Shown: positions 47,327 to 55,182 of the stretch, piece after piece
How positions within the stretch are numbered: position 1 is the first letter of the stretch
How the letters are laid out: each line of letters begins with the position of its first letter
DNA from: a virus
DNA: 64,000 nucleotides
Direction: 5' to 3' (one strand)
Virus record (IMG/VR): IMGVR_UViG_3300045988_180880
Location: 32,001 to 96,000 of that record
Position numbers and translations under genes: made by a program
The notes under the pieces: generated by a model
The model's input: the letters and a program-made list of their open reading frames with translations, nothing else
Databases searched by the model: none
What the model was told of the DNA's origin: nothing

Positions 47327-48266
47327 ACATCAATGCTTAAACAGAGTATACCTCTGATTAATGCGGAGCGTGCACTTGTTGACACTGGAAGGAATGAAGA
47401 GTTGAAAGATAATATATTAAATGAAAAGTTCAGTTATCCAGAGGGTAAGGTAAAGGATATAACAGAGGATGAAGTTATAATTGAATTGCCTGATGGAACT
47501 GAGACAAATATTTTACGAAGAACAGCGATTCAGAGTATAAATGACGTGGCGGTATTTACAGAGCCTAAAGTAAAAATCGGCCAAAAAGTAAAACAGGGAG
47601 ATATTATAACTGGTGCAGTTGGACATACTCCTGAAACATATAAGGCCGGCGTTAATGCTCTGGTACTTTTCCACGCCTATTATGGTTTAGTAAATGAGGA
47701 TGCTTTGGTGATATCAGAATCATTTGCAAATCGTATAGCATCTTATAGTATAATTGACTTAATGATTAATGTTAAGAGTACTAGTGCTATTAAGTGGATC
47801 GCCCCTATTGGAACAAAGGTTAAATCAAAAGATGCAGTAGTGACATTATATAAAGCTGTTCGTCTTGATGCTATAAATCAGGCACTACAAGAAAAACTCG
47901 GAGGACTTTTCGGAGAAGGACATGATCTCTCCGAATATACTATCGAGGATCATTTAGTTGTGCCTAATAATATAGACGAGGCAATAGTTTCTGATGTAAT
48001 GATACAGGAAATGAAGAAACCTAAAATTCCTAAATCAGTAAAATCACCTGACTATTCATTTACACATACCTCTCAGGATGTTATAGATGAATATGAAAAA
48101 ACAAAATCTCGAAAAATTATCTACGAGAAATACCCAGAGTATATTGCAGCTGATACATTAGATCCTATTAATATGGATCCAGAAGCGTATAAGATTGTGT
48201 ATACTGTTCGCGTGAGACTCATCAAAAGAACTGTGGGAATGATCGGAAGTAAAATTACCTCTAGAT
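47327..48266 (+). CDS. rpoB: RNAP beta-like subunit, exon 4
   Basis: junction SMG|TSMLKQSIPL aligns residue-for-residue with E. coli LMGANMQRQAVPT; ends ..GSKITSR(t--). Confidence 0.8.
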
Positions 48267-49666
48267 TTAATATAAGTCTAGTTAATTTTCAATAAAAGTT
48301 AACTAAATTTTGTGAATTGCTGGAAAAATCTAAATAAAATAGATGGATAGATAAATCAGCAGTATATTTATGTTTAATTATGAGTAAAATATGAGCGATA
48401 TTAATTTTTAATAATAAATTGAACAATGAGCGAAGAAGAAATATTAATACATAATCAAAATTGGTATCGCAAAGTATATTTCCAAATAATTGATCGCGCT
48501 AGATTAAGAGGTTTGGATAAAAATAAAATTGATTTTTATGTAGAAATTCATCATATACTACCTAAATGCCTAGGAGGAACTGATGAAAATGATAACTTAG
48601 TTGCATTAACTTATAGAGAACATATAGTTTGTCATAAATTATTGTGTAAATTATACCCAGATAATTACTACTTACATTCTTCTATATATTTAATGCTACA
48701 TATTAAAATAGAAAATGGGAAGAAGGTAAAAACATTTTCTAATTCTAAAGAGGCAGAAGAATATAAGCTTTTCTTGAAAACTCATAAAAAGCCTCTTTCT
48801 GAGGAATCTAGAAAAAAGATGTCAGAATCGCATAAAGGTTGGAGTCCATCTGAGGAACATAGAAGAAGAGTTTCAGAAGTACATACTGGAAAAATCGTTT
48901 CAAAAGAAACCAGAGAAAAATTAAGAAAGGTTAATCTGGGAAGACATCATACAGAAGAATCCAAAAGAAAGATATCAGAGTCACGTAGAGGAAAGAAATT
49001 ATCTTCAGAACAAAAAGAAAAAATTTCAAAATCACTAAAAGGAAAAAGATTAGGAATCTCTCCAACTAAGGAACAAGTAGAAAAAGCAAAACAAACTCGG
49101 ATACTCCATGGAGGGTGGGTACATACAGATGAAAGTAAAAGAAAAATTTCAGAATCTTTAAAGAAGACGAATTCTGTCTCTGAACATATATCAGAAGATA
49201 TAAGAAATTCTTTAAGGAAAAAGTTTGGGTTCGCTGTAAGATATACTGATATTAATACTGGTGAAATTTACGAATTTGATTCAATTACAAAAGCTGTTAG
49301 TGAACTTAAAGAGTTAAGTATTATGAATAAAAGCTTTCATTTTATAAAGCGTTCTTGTACATTAAATATTAATGGATTTGAATTTATCAATGAAACAAAT
49401 GAAATGATTCAAAAGAAAGTTCAGGGGCCTGATGGAATTATTTACAATAGTATATCTGAATGTGCTAGACAATTGAATACAGTTAGATCTGTAATTATTG
49501 ATTGGATTACTAATCATCCAGAAAAAGGATTTAAATACATTTAAAAAATCAATCGCTCATTGATATAAAAATAATTAAATAAAATATATTCAACGACTAT
49601 GTACAAAGAAGGAGTATTTCCTTAAGATATAGTCTAGACTTTACTTAATTAAGTAAAGTATTATCG
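48267..49666 (+). mobile_element. group I intron, family A, with HNH endonuclease ORF
   Basis: P1 ctagaU / Gtctag; P aattgctggaaaa, Q aaatcagcagt, R attcaacgactat, S aagatatagtct; ends tattatcG. Confidence 0.8.
48426..49544 (+). CDS. HNH homing endonuclease with NUMOD3-like repeats
   Basis: EIHHILPKCLGGTDENDN; many SEExRxKxSExxKG repeats; C-terminal WITNHPEKGFKYI as in the two paralogs. Confidence 0.75.
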   Translation: MSEEEILIHNQNWYRKVYFQIIDRARLRGLDKNKIDFYVEIHHILPKCLGGTDENDNLVALTYREHIVCHKLLCKLYPDNYYLHSSIYLMLHIKIENGKKVKTFSNSKEAEEYKLFLKTHKKPLSEESRKKMSESHKGWSPSEEHRRRVSEVHTGKIVSKETREKLRKVNLGRHHTEESKRKISESRRGKKLSSEQKEKISKSLKGKRLGISPTKEQVEKAKQTRILHGGWVHTDESKRKISESLKKTNSVSEHISEDIRNSLRKKFGFAVRYTDINTGEIYEFDSITKAVSELKELSIMNKSFHFIKRSCTLNINGFEFINETNEMIQKKVQGPDGIIYNSISECARQLNTVRSVIIDWITNHPEKGFKYI

Positions 49667-49680
49667 ATGGAGGCAAAGGT
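49667..49680 (+). CDS. rpoB: RNAP beta-like subunit, exon 5 (14-nt micro-exon)
   Basis: atggaggcaaaggt gives (Y)GGKG; the join ITSR-YGGKG-VVSAVKPDDMMP matches E. coli GRHGNKGVISKINPIEDMP. Confidence 0.75.
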
Positions 49681-49871
49681 CAAATTACAAGGCCGTTTAA
49701 GGTAGTAATATCTTAAATAATCAGTAAGTAAATTTGGTGAAGGAAGTAAAATTCTAATACCAAGCTAATAAAATATAATAATTTATTAGTATAACGAATA
49801 AAGACTTACTAGGTTGAAATAATACCTAAATTTATATTCTAATTTACTAGGATAATCTAGTAATAGTAATG
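49681..49871 (+). ncRNA. group I intron, family B copy 4 (191 nt)
   Basis: P1 ggU|c / gGcc; P3 agtaagt/acttact, P4 tttggt/accaag, P7 gaata/tattc; ends agtaatG. Confidence 0.75.
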
Positions 49872-50645
49872 GTTGTAAGTGCTGTGAAACCCGACGATAT
49901 GATGCCAATAATGGTAGATAAGGATGGGAAACAAAGACGTTGCGAAGTAGTGATGAATCCATACAGCACAATAAATCGTAAAATTCCGAGTGTCCTTATG
50001 GAATTACAACTCGGAAATATCGCTCACAAATTACACGATCTTGTAGATAATTATAAGAAAACAAAAACAGGGCAAAAGAAGATTAAGCCCCTTCTTGAAA
50101 CATATTACCCCGGACGTTTTACTAGTATGGATGTAGAAGAAATTATAGAACGTCATAATACTAGTAAAATCGAGGATATGTATTATTTCAATGTTGGCTG
50201 CTTCTCTACTAAATTTACTCCAGAACTTGTAAATCAATGGGCTGAAGATTTAGGTGTAGAAAGTCAGAGTAAAATTCTTATGCCTGAGACTGAATTAACA
50301 GATCTCGATGAATTAAAAGAAAATCTAGAACCAGAAGAATATGATAAATTAGTTTCTGGAATGTCTGGTAAGTTTAGAGAAGTAGATAAACCTTTGCAGG
50401 CGGGATTCATGACCCTTGAAGAGTTATACCATATACCATCATATAGTAATAAGGTTACATCAAGTCTATATGGCGTAGATATTAATGCTAAACGAGATGA
50501 ACCTATACTTGGAAAGGGACGCTATAGACAGACAGGACAGAAAATTGGTGAGATGGAATTGGCCGTATTACTTTCTAGAAATGCGGATCAATTTATCAGC
50601 GGTGCTAGAAAAGACACTGCGAAGGAAGATAATCAAATGTTCCTT
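49872..50645 (+). CDS. rpoB: RNAP beta-like subunit, exon 6
   Basis: VVSAVKPDDMMP..VVMNPYS...GQKIGEMELAVLL (E. coli GGQRFGEMEVWALE)...NQMFL. Confidence 0.8.
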
Positions 50646-50833
50646 AAATTATTGAGGCTAGTATCAATACAAACTGATACTAGAAAATATCTTAAATTGC
50701 TGGAACAAAGTAGAAAATCAGCATCAAGCTGTTGTTTTATAATTAACAGCTTGTTCAACGACTATAGTAGATACTAAAGAATACTTATTTTAGATAATAT
50801 AGTCTTACTTTAAATAAAATTAAAGATGAATAG
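50646..50833 (+). ncRNA. group I intron, family A (188 nt)
   Basis: P1 cctU|a / tGagg; P aaattgctggaac, Q aaatcagcatc, R gttcaacgactat, S gataatatagtct; ends atgaataG. Confidence 0.7.
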
Positions 50834-50862
50834 AATAACTTATTAGGTCTAGGATTAACCGT
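50834..50862 (+). CDS. rpoB: RNAP beta-like subunit, exon 7 (29 nt)
   Basis: NNLLGLGLT(gt-), equivalent of E. coli NVLLKEIRSLGI. Confidence 0.65.
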
Positions 50863-51067
50863 AAACTATTTGCGGTTTTAAATTATATTAAAATGCTAGA
50901 ATATTTATAATAAATATATTAGCAAAATATCTTACCTTAGATTATATCTAAGAAAAAGATATTCTCAACGACTAAATATATAACTAAGTTTGAAATATAA
51001 TTTAGATGATATAGTCTGAACATAGATTAATAATAATCTAGTAACGTAATTGAGTAGATGATAAAGG
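50863..51067 (+). ncRNA. group I intron, family A (205 nt)
   Basis: P1 aaccgU / Gcggtt; P aaaatgctagaat, Q atattagcaaa, R ctcaacgactaaa, S gatgatatagtct. 3' end placed at the only G (51067) that keeps the frame open. Confidence 0.6.
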
Positions 51068-51164
51068 ATTTAACCAAGGTGGATCAAGTCTGAAAAAGGA
51101 ATTGAATGACTTAAAGATTAAATTCCGTCGTAAAAATAACCTATTAAACATGGGAGGTAATTGA
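51068..51164 (+). CDS. rpoB: RNAP beta-like subunit, exon 8 (C-terminus)
   Basis: (V)FNQGGSSLKKELNDLKIKFRRKNNLLNMGGN*; total spliced frame 3177 nt including stop. Confidence 0.6.
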
Positions 51165-51165
51165 T

Positions 51166-51795
51166 ATGGAAAATAATAGCTGTTTAATGCTAAATTGCTC
51201 GCTTTATCTTCCAGTATCCTTATCTGCTATATTTAGTAGAGAAGATCTTAAAGATACTGGAATTGAAAATGAATCGCATATAACATTATTATATGCTCAA
51301 GGAAAAGAAATCCCTAAGATGAATATTCTTGGAGATATTGAAACTATTTTAGGGGAATCTGAATTTGATGATTTTATTGAATATATAAAATCTGAGAATA
51401 CTGAAAGAATCTTAGATAATTTTGAGATCGGATCTTTTGAGAATGATAGTGACTATATAGTGTTGAAAATGAAACAAACCAGTGAATTATACAAAACACT
51501 TGGATTAATTAATAAAGGATTAAGAACAAAATATGAAGTTGTTTCTGAGTATTCCTATACGCCTCATATATCCCTCGCTGAACTTCAACCAGGAACAGCA
51601 AGGAAATATCTCGAGGATCCTAAGATTAAATTAATTCTAGAAGAAAGTTTTGTATCATTCGAAGATCTTGTTATTTCCTATGGACCTAGTAATACGCCTG
51701 TAGATAGATTGAGATATAATCTAACTACATTTAATGCAATTGATTACTTCTTTCATACAGAAAATATGAGAAAAGAAAATTCAGAATTAGATTAA
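51166..51795 (+). CDS. 2H phosphoesterase (LigT / 2',3'-cyclic phosphodiesterase-like)
   Basis: two HxT/Sx motifs: ESHITLLY and TPHISLAE, at the spacing typical of the 2H superfamily. Confidence 0.65.
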   Translation: MENNSCLMLNCSLYLPVSLSAIFSREDLKDTGIENESHITLLYAQGKEIPKMNILGDIETILGESEFDDFIEYIKSENTERILDNFEIGSFENDSDYIVLKMKQTSELYKTLGLINKGLRTKYEVVSEYSYTPHISLAELQPGTARKYLEDPKIKLILEESFVSFEDLVISYGPSNTPVDRLRYNLTTFNAIDYFFHTENMRKENSELD

Positions 51796-51800
51796 ATTAA

Positions 51801-51865
51801 AATTCCTCAGTAAATAAATATTTTCTTCTACTTGGAGAATAATTTTGCTGAGGAATTGTTTTTAT
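51801..51865 (+). terminator. long-loop hairpin / possible terminator
   Basis: aattcctcag ... ctgaggaatt 10-bp stem, 37-nt loop, then gttttt. Confidence 0.4.
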
Positions 51866-51875
51866 AAAATTAACT

Positions 51876-52883
51876 ATGTCAAAAAAGTCAAAATGGTCAG
51901 AGTATAGTAGTATTGAAAAAGTTCAAGAATTCATAAATTCCAATAATATTAGCAGTAAAATAGATTTTAAAAATAAATATCAATCTTTATATACTAGAGC
52001 TAGACTAAATAATTGGTTAGATAATTTAAAATTTAAGATAATAAAAAGAAATGATCTATCTAAATTTGATAATATAGATTCAATAAGAGTATTTATAAAT
52101 AATAATATAAAAAGTAGAACAGAGTTTAAGAAAAAATATAATGGATTATATTGGAAATCTGTAAGAAGTGGTTGGATACATGATATAAAATTTGAAAAAG
52201 ATATGAAAGATTGGAGTTACTATGATAGTATAGTTAAGGTTCAAAATTTTATCTATTCAAATAATATTTTAAATCATGATCAATTTTCAAAAGAATATCC
52301 AGGATTATTAAGTAAATGTGATAGAAATAGATGGAGTATTTACTTAAATTATATAAATGGTAAGATTAATAACTGGAATAATATTAATTCTATTATAGAT
52401 GCACAAAATTTTATAAATATTAATAATATAAATAATAGAGAATTATTTACAAAAAACTTTAGTGGTTTATCTGATAAATGTTATAGAAATAATTGGATGA
52501 AGGATTTAATTTTCAAAGAAGATGGAATTAAATCTTGTTGGGAAATTAATCTTAAGATATTTCTAAAAAAGAATAATTATACTATAGAATCTGAAATAGT
52601 ATCATATTCAAATTATTCTAAGATTGATATTTTTATACCAGATCTAAACATAGCTATTGAAATTCAGGGTCCATACCATTTCCCAGTAATGGGAAAATTA
52701 GAGCAATATCTATTTCAAAGAAAATCTGATATAAAGAAAAATAGATGGTGTAGAGAGCAAGGAATTACTTTGTTATACTTTAGCTATGATAAACTATTAG
52801 TAGAAAAATATGGATATCCCTGGTATATTTACACATCAGAGAAAGAATTGTTGGCAGAAATAGAACGAATCAAATCCTTATAA
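51876..52883 (+). CDS. free-standing nuclease: four ~55-aa tandem repeats + Vsr/DUF559-like PD-(D/E)XK C-domain
   Basis: repeat unit W-x-x-(Y/F)-(S/D/N)-(S/N)-I-x-x-(V/A)-(Q/R)-x-F-I-N-x-N-N-I ... W four times; C-terminal KIDIFIPDLNIAIEIQGPYHF. Confidence 0.5.
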   Translation: MSKKSKWSEYSSIEKVQEFINSNNISSKIDFKNKYQSLYTRARLNNWLDNLKFKIIKRNDLSKFDNIDSIRVFINNNIKSRTEFKKKYNGLYWKSVRSGWIHDIKFEKDMKDWSYYDSIVKVQNFIYSNNILNHDQFSKEYPGLLSKCDRNRWSIYLNYINGKINNWNNINSIIDAQNFININNINNRELFTKNFSGLSDKCYRNNWMKDLIFKEDGIKSCWEINLKIFLKKNNYTIESEIVSYSNYSKIDIFIPDLNIAIEIQGPYHFPVMGKLEQYLFQRKSDIKKNRWCREQGITLLYFSYDKLLVEKYGYPWYIYTSEKELLAEIERIKSL

Positions 52884-52885
52884 GT
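52872..52885 (+). promoter_or_regulatory. phage promoter-like motif
   Basis: aaatccttataagtg overlapping the stop of 51876..52883, 27 nt before ATG 52912. Confidence 0.45.
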
Positions 52886-52911
52886 GTAGTAATAAACAAA
52901 ATATTAATATT

Positions 52912-53205
52912 ATGGAATCAGAAATTAAATTACCAAAGAAAGGAATTGTTGTTGGAGTTGAGTTAGAAAATCTTAATGAGTTTTTTAACCGAACTCAGCA
53001 TTCGATAGGAACTACAGGAAAGTTTGAGATTTTGAGTGAACTTGAAAAGAAAGTAAAGGGAGAAAAAATACGACACTTAACTGAATATGTTCTTATGAAA
53101 TATAAACCATTAGAAAGTATTGTATTTAGAATTTCTCGCTATATAAAAGGAGAAAATCAAGAGGAATACATAGTTTATTACAAATTCGAGGGATTTATTT
53201 CTTGA
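52912..53205 (+). CDS. hypothetical protein
   Basis: ORF track. Confidence 0.5.
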   Translation: MESEIKLPKKGIVVGVELENLNEFFNRTQHSIGTTGKFEILSELEKKVKGEKIRHLTEYVLMKYKPLESIVFRISRYIKGENQEEYIVYYKFEGFIS

Positions 53206-53216
53206 AAATAAAATTA

Positions 53217-53252
53217 GAAGAAGGGATAATAATTAAATCCCTTCTTTTTTCA
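53217..53252 (+). terminator. rho-independent terminator
   Basis: gaagaaggga / tcccttcttt stem + T-run. Confidence 0.65.
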
Positions 53253-53253
53253 T

Positions 53254-53271
53254 GTCAAAGCCTTATATGTG
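53254..53271 (+). promoter_or_regulatory. phage promoter-like motif
   Basis: gtcaaagccttatatgtg. Confidence 0.55.
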
Positions 53272-53298
53272 AATAAAAAACTTAAATATAGAAAATTT

Positions 53299-53616
53299 AT
53301 GAAAGCAGGAGGAGTAATAGCAACTATGATTGCTAGTTATTTAGCTGGAAAAGTTCTTTATGGAACAGGAAAAGCTATAAGTAGAGCTTTAGGTGGTTAT
53401 CCTAGTAAAGAAGTAGAAAAGAAAATTGATGCTCTTCAACCAAAACTAAATGTAATGTTTAAATTCTATGAATCAAAAAATAATACTTCTAAAGTATCAG
53501 ATCTTGAGAATCTTAATAAAAGACTCTCTAATGTTATTACTGAAGAGGATTATTTAGAAGTAGAGATTGAAGTGGAAAAGTTTTGGAATATTTATAAAAA
53601 AGAGCAGAAAAATTAA
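53299..53616 (+). CDS. membrane-anchored hypothetical protein
   Basis: ORF track 53269..53616, but its GTG start lies inside the promoter motif; ATG 53299 (MKAGGVIATMIAS..) preferred. Confidence 0.5.
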   Translation: MKAGGVIATMIASYLAGKVLYGTGKAISRALGGYPSKEVEKKIDALQPKLNVMFKFYESKNNTSKVSDLENLNKRLSNVITEEDYLEVEIEVEKFWNIYKKEQKN

Positions 53617-53652
53617 AAAAGAGAGGATTAATTTCCTCTCTTAATTTTTTAT
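53615..53652. terminator. bidirectional terminator
   Basis: A-run, gagagga ttaatt tcctctc, T-run; between convergent genes. Confidence 0.65.
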
Positions 53653-54776
53653 TTGTTTTCTATTAATTCTTTTGTTGCCTTTCTATGATAACCTTTCTTC
53701 TCAAATGCTTCAATAAAAATTCTTTTATGTATTGGATTTCCGGCCGCATCTTTTCCGTAGTATTGATTTCTCCAATGACCTCTTACACCAAAGGGACAAT
53801 CTATATTTATTTCAGTATCGTATAGTTTATCTACTATAATTACTCCTTGATTTCTTCGGCCAGTATTAGGATCTTCAAATTGTGTAGGTGGATTTTTTAC
53901 TTTTCCAGATAACACAGATTCAAATGTTTCAGTTTTTATTTCAGAAGTCATCAAAAATATAAAACTTTTAAATGATTCATAGATAAATCTGTATTTTATG
54001 CTAAATGATTCCTTAGCTTCAACCGAATATAAAGTTTGATTATAATTATTTTTAAAATATTTAATAAGATCATCTATAGTTTTATTATTTGATAATAAAT
54101 CTTCTTGACTATCTATTACCTCTTTATAGTAATCTTCTAATGTATCTGACCATCCTAATGAAGTAAACTCATTCATCATTTTTGAAGGAATACTTTTAAA
54201 AAATTTATCCAAACAATTAAACTGTTTACAAAGTTTGTATGAGTTAACAAATTCATCCATGCTATATAAACAACCTTCTAAGTTTAATTCAGAAAAATTT
54301 AATAAATCACTCTTTTTTATTACTACACTTCCTAATGAATTAAATGTTTTTTTATCATTGCCCATAATACACTTTCCAATAAATGCATATAGTATAATAT
54401 ATTCATTTGTTATACAAAAAATAGAGTGGGCATTATAGTCTGTTTCCTGTTTATCTTTCGTACTAGAATTATATATCAATCCAAATTTAGCTTTCTTTTC
54501 TGAATTTCTAAATAAGTCTTCTAAGTTCTTTTTACTGACTATATCTCTTAATTTGCTAGAAAATAGCCGTTCTTTATTAAGTGAATAAAATCGAATATAG
54601 TTTTGTATATTACTTGAAATTTTATATTTTCTTATAGGTCTGGGTTCTTTACTTACAACTTCAAAAAATACATTTTCAAATTCAGTAATATGTTTACGGT
54701 TCCTTCTAAAATTTTCTAAGCCTTCTTTTTGTAAAACATATTTTACTGCAAATAATTTCTCGTAATCTTTTTCCAT
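53649..54776 (-). CDS. hypothetical protein (375 aa)
   Basis: ORF track; C-terminal GVRGHWRNQYYGK..KRIFIEAFEKKGY block not assigned. Confidence 0.5.
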   Translation of the reverse strand: MEKDYEKLFAVKYVLQKEGLENFRRNRKHITEFENVFFEVVSKEPRPIRKYKISSNIQNYIRFYSLNKERLFSSKLRDIVSKKNLEDLFRNSEKKAKFGLIYNSSTKDKQETDYNAHSIFCITNEYIILYAFIGKCIMGNDKKTFNSLGSVVIKKSDLLNFSELNLEGCLYSMDEFVNSYKLCKQFNCLDKFFKSIPSKMMNEFTSLGWSDTLEDYYKEVIDSQEDLLSNNKTIDDLIKYFKNNYNQTLYSVEAKESFSIKYRFIYESFKSFIFLMTSEIKTETFESVLSGKVKNPPTQFEDPNTGRRNQGVIIVDKLYDTEINIDCPFGVRGHWRNQYYGKDAAGNPIHKRIFIEAFEKKGYHRKATKELIENK

Positions 54777-54803
54777 AATTTTTCTTTCTTTTAGTTTTTA
54801 TTA

Positions 54804-54823
54804 CATTAATAAGGATTTTGGGG
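54804..54823 (-). promoter_or_regulatory. phage promoter-like motif
   Basis: sense ccccaaaatccttattaatg, 28 nt upstream of start 54776. Confidence 0.55.
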
Positions 54824-54860
54824 AAATAAAAAAAGAATATCCAAATTAATGAATATTCTT
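54824..54860 (-). terminator. terminator after tRNA pair
   Basis: aagaatat / atattctt stem; T-run on minus strand. Confidence 0.55.
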
Positions 54861-54867
54861 TAAATAG

Positions 54868-54941
54868 TGGGCCCAGCCAGGCTTGAACTGACGACCTTCT
54901 GATTATGAGTCAGCTTCTCTAACCAACTGAGATATGGGCCC
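54868..54941 (-). tRNA. tRNA with CAU anticodon (Met, or Ile if lysidine-modified)
   Basis: minus strand gggcccatatctcagttggttagagaagctgactCATaatcagaaggtcgtcagttcaagcctggctgggccca; 7-bp acceptor, GTTCAAG T-loop. Confidence 0.85.
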
Positions 54942-54959
54942 TGTTATAATTATGTCTAG

Positions 54960-55050
54960 TATCGGGAGGGGAGCTCGAATCCCCACGGGTCTTATTTTTC
55001 TGCCCAAAACATTTTAAGTGTTTCTTGTCTACCTATTCCAACATCCCGAC
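54960..55050 (-). tRNA. class II tRNA-Leu (UAA anticodon) with long variable arm
   Basis: minus strand gtcgggatgttggaataggtagac..aaacaCTTAAAAtgttt..long variable region..ggggattcgagctcccctcccgata; Leu-type D-loop GGAAUAGGUAGAC. Confidence 0.75.
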
Positions 55051-55162
55051 ATCCTTTTTAGTTGTTATTGTGTCTTGATAGATTTTTTATTTTATTTCAG
55101 AATTTCTTCCTCCATAAAATTGATTTCCAGATTCTATAAATAATATCTTTCAATCTTTTCTA

Positions 55163-55182
55163 TCATATATAAGAATTTCAGG
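55163..55182 (-). promoter_or_regulatory. phage promoter-like motif upstream of tRNAs
   Basis: 20-mer catatataagaatttcaggg identical to 14611-14630; overlaps the 3' end of the HNH gene. Confidence 0.55.

Noticed and set aside
43003-49871. Family B elements as group II introns, because of the gtgccg near their 5' ends (compare GUGYG)
   Set aside because: They are only ~190-208 nt. There are no domain V/VI features. They fold into a complete P1-P9 group I scheme with a U.G splice-site wobble and a terminal G.
38531-50777. ORF-track entries 38531..39178, 42760..43023, 43193..43804, 47324..48295 and 49869..50777 as independent genes, or as phiKZ-style split RNAP subunits
   Set aside because: Most begin at non-ATG codons inside conserved motifs, and none has a convincing RBS. 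Their ends run into intron sequence. They join in frame at canonical group I splice sites to give contiguous beta'/beta motifs.
54960-55050. The long variable region of tRNA-Leu as a tRNA intron or a second embedded element
   Set aside because: Its position (after the anticodon stem, before the T-arm) is that of a class II variable arm, and the anticodon loop is intact. Only its length is unusual.
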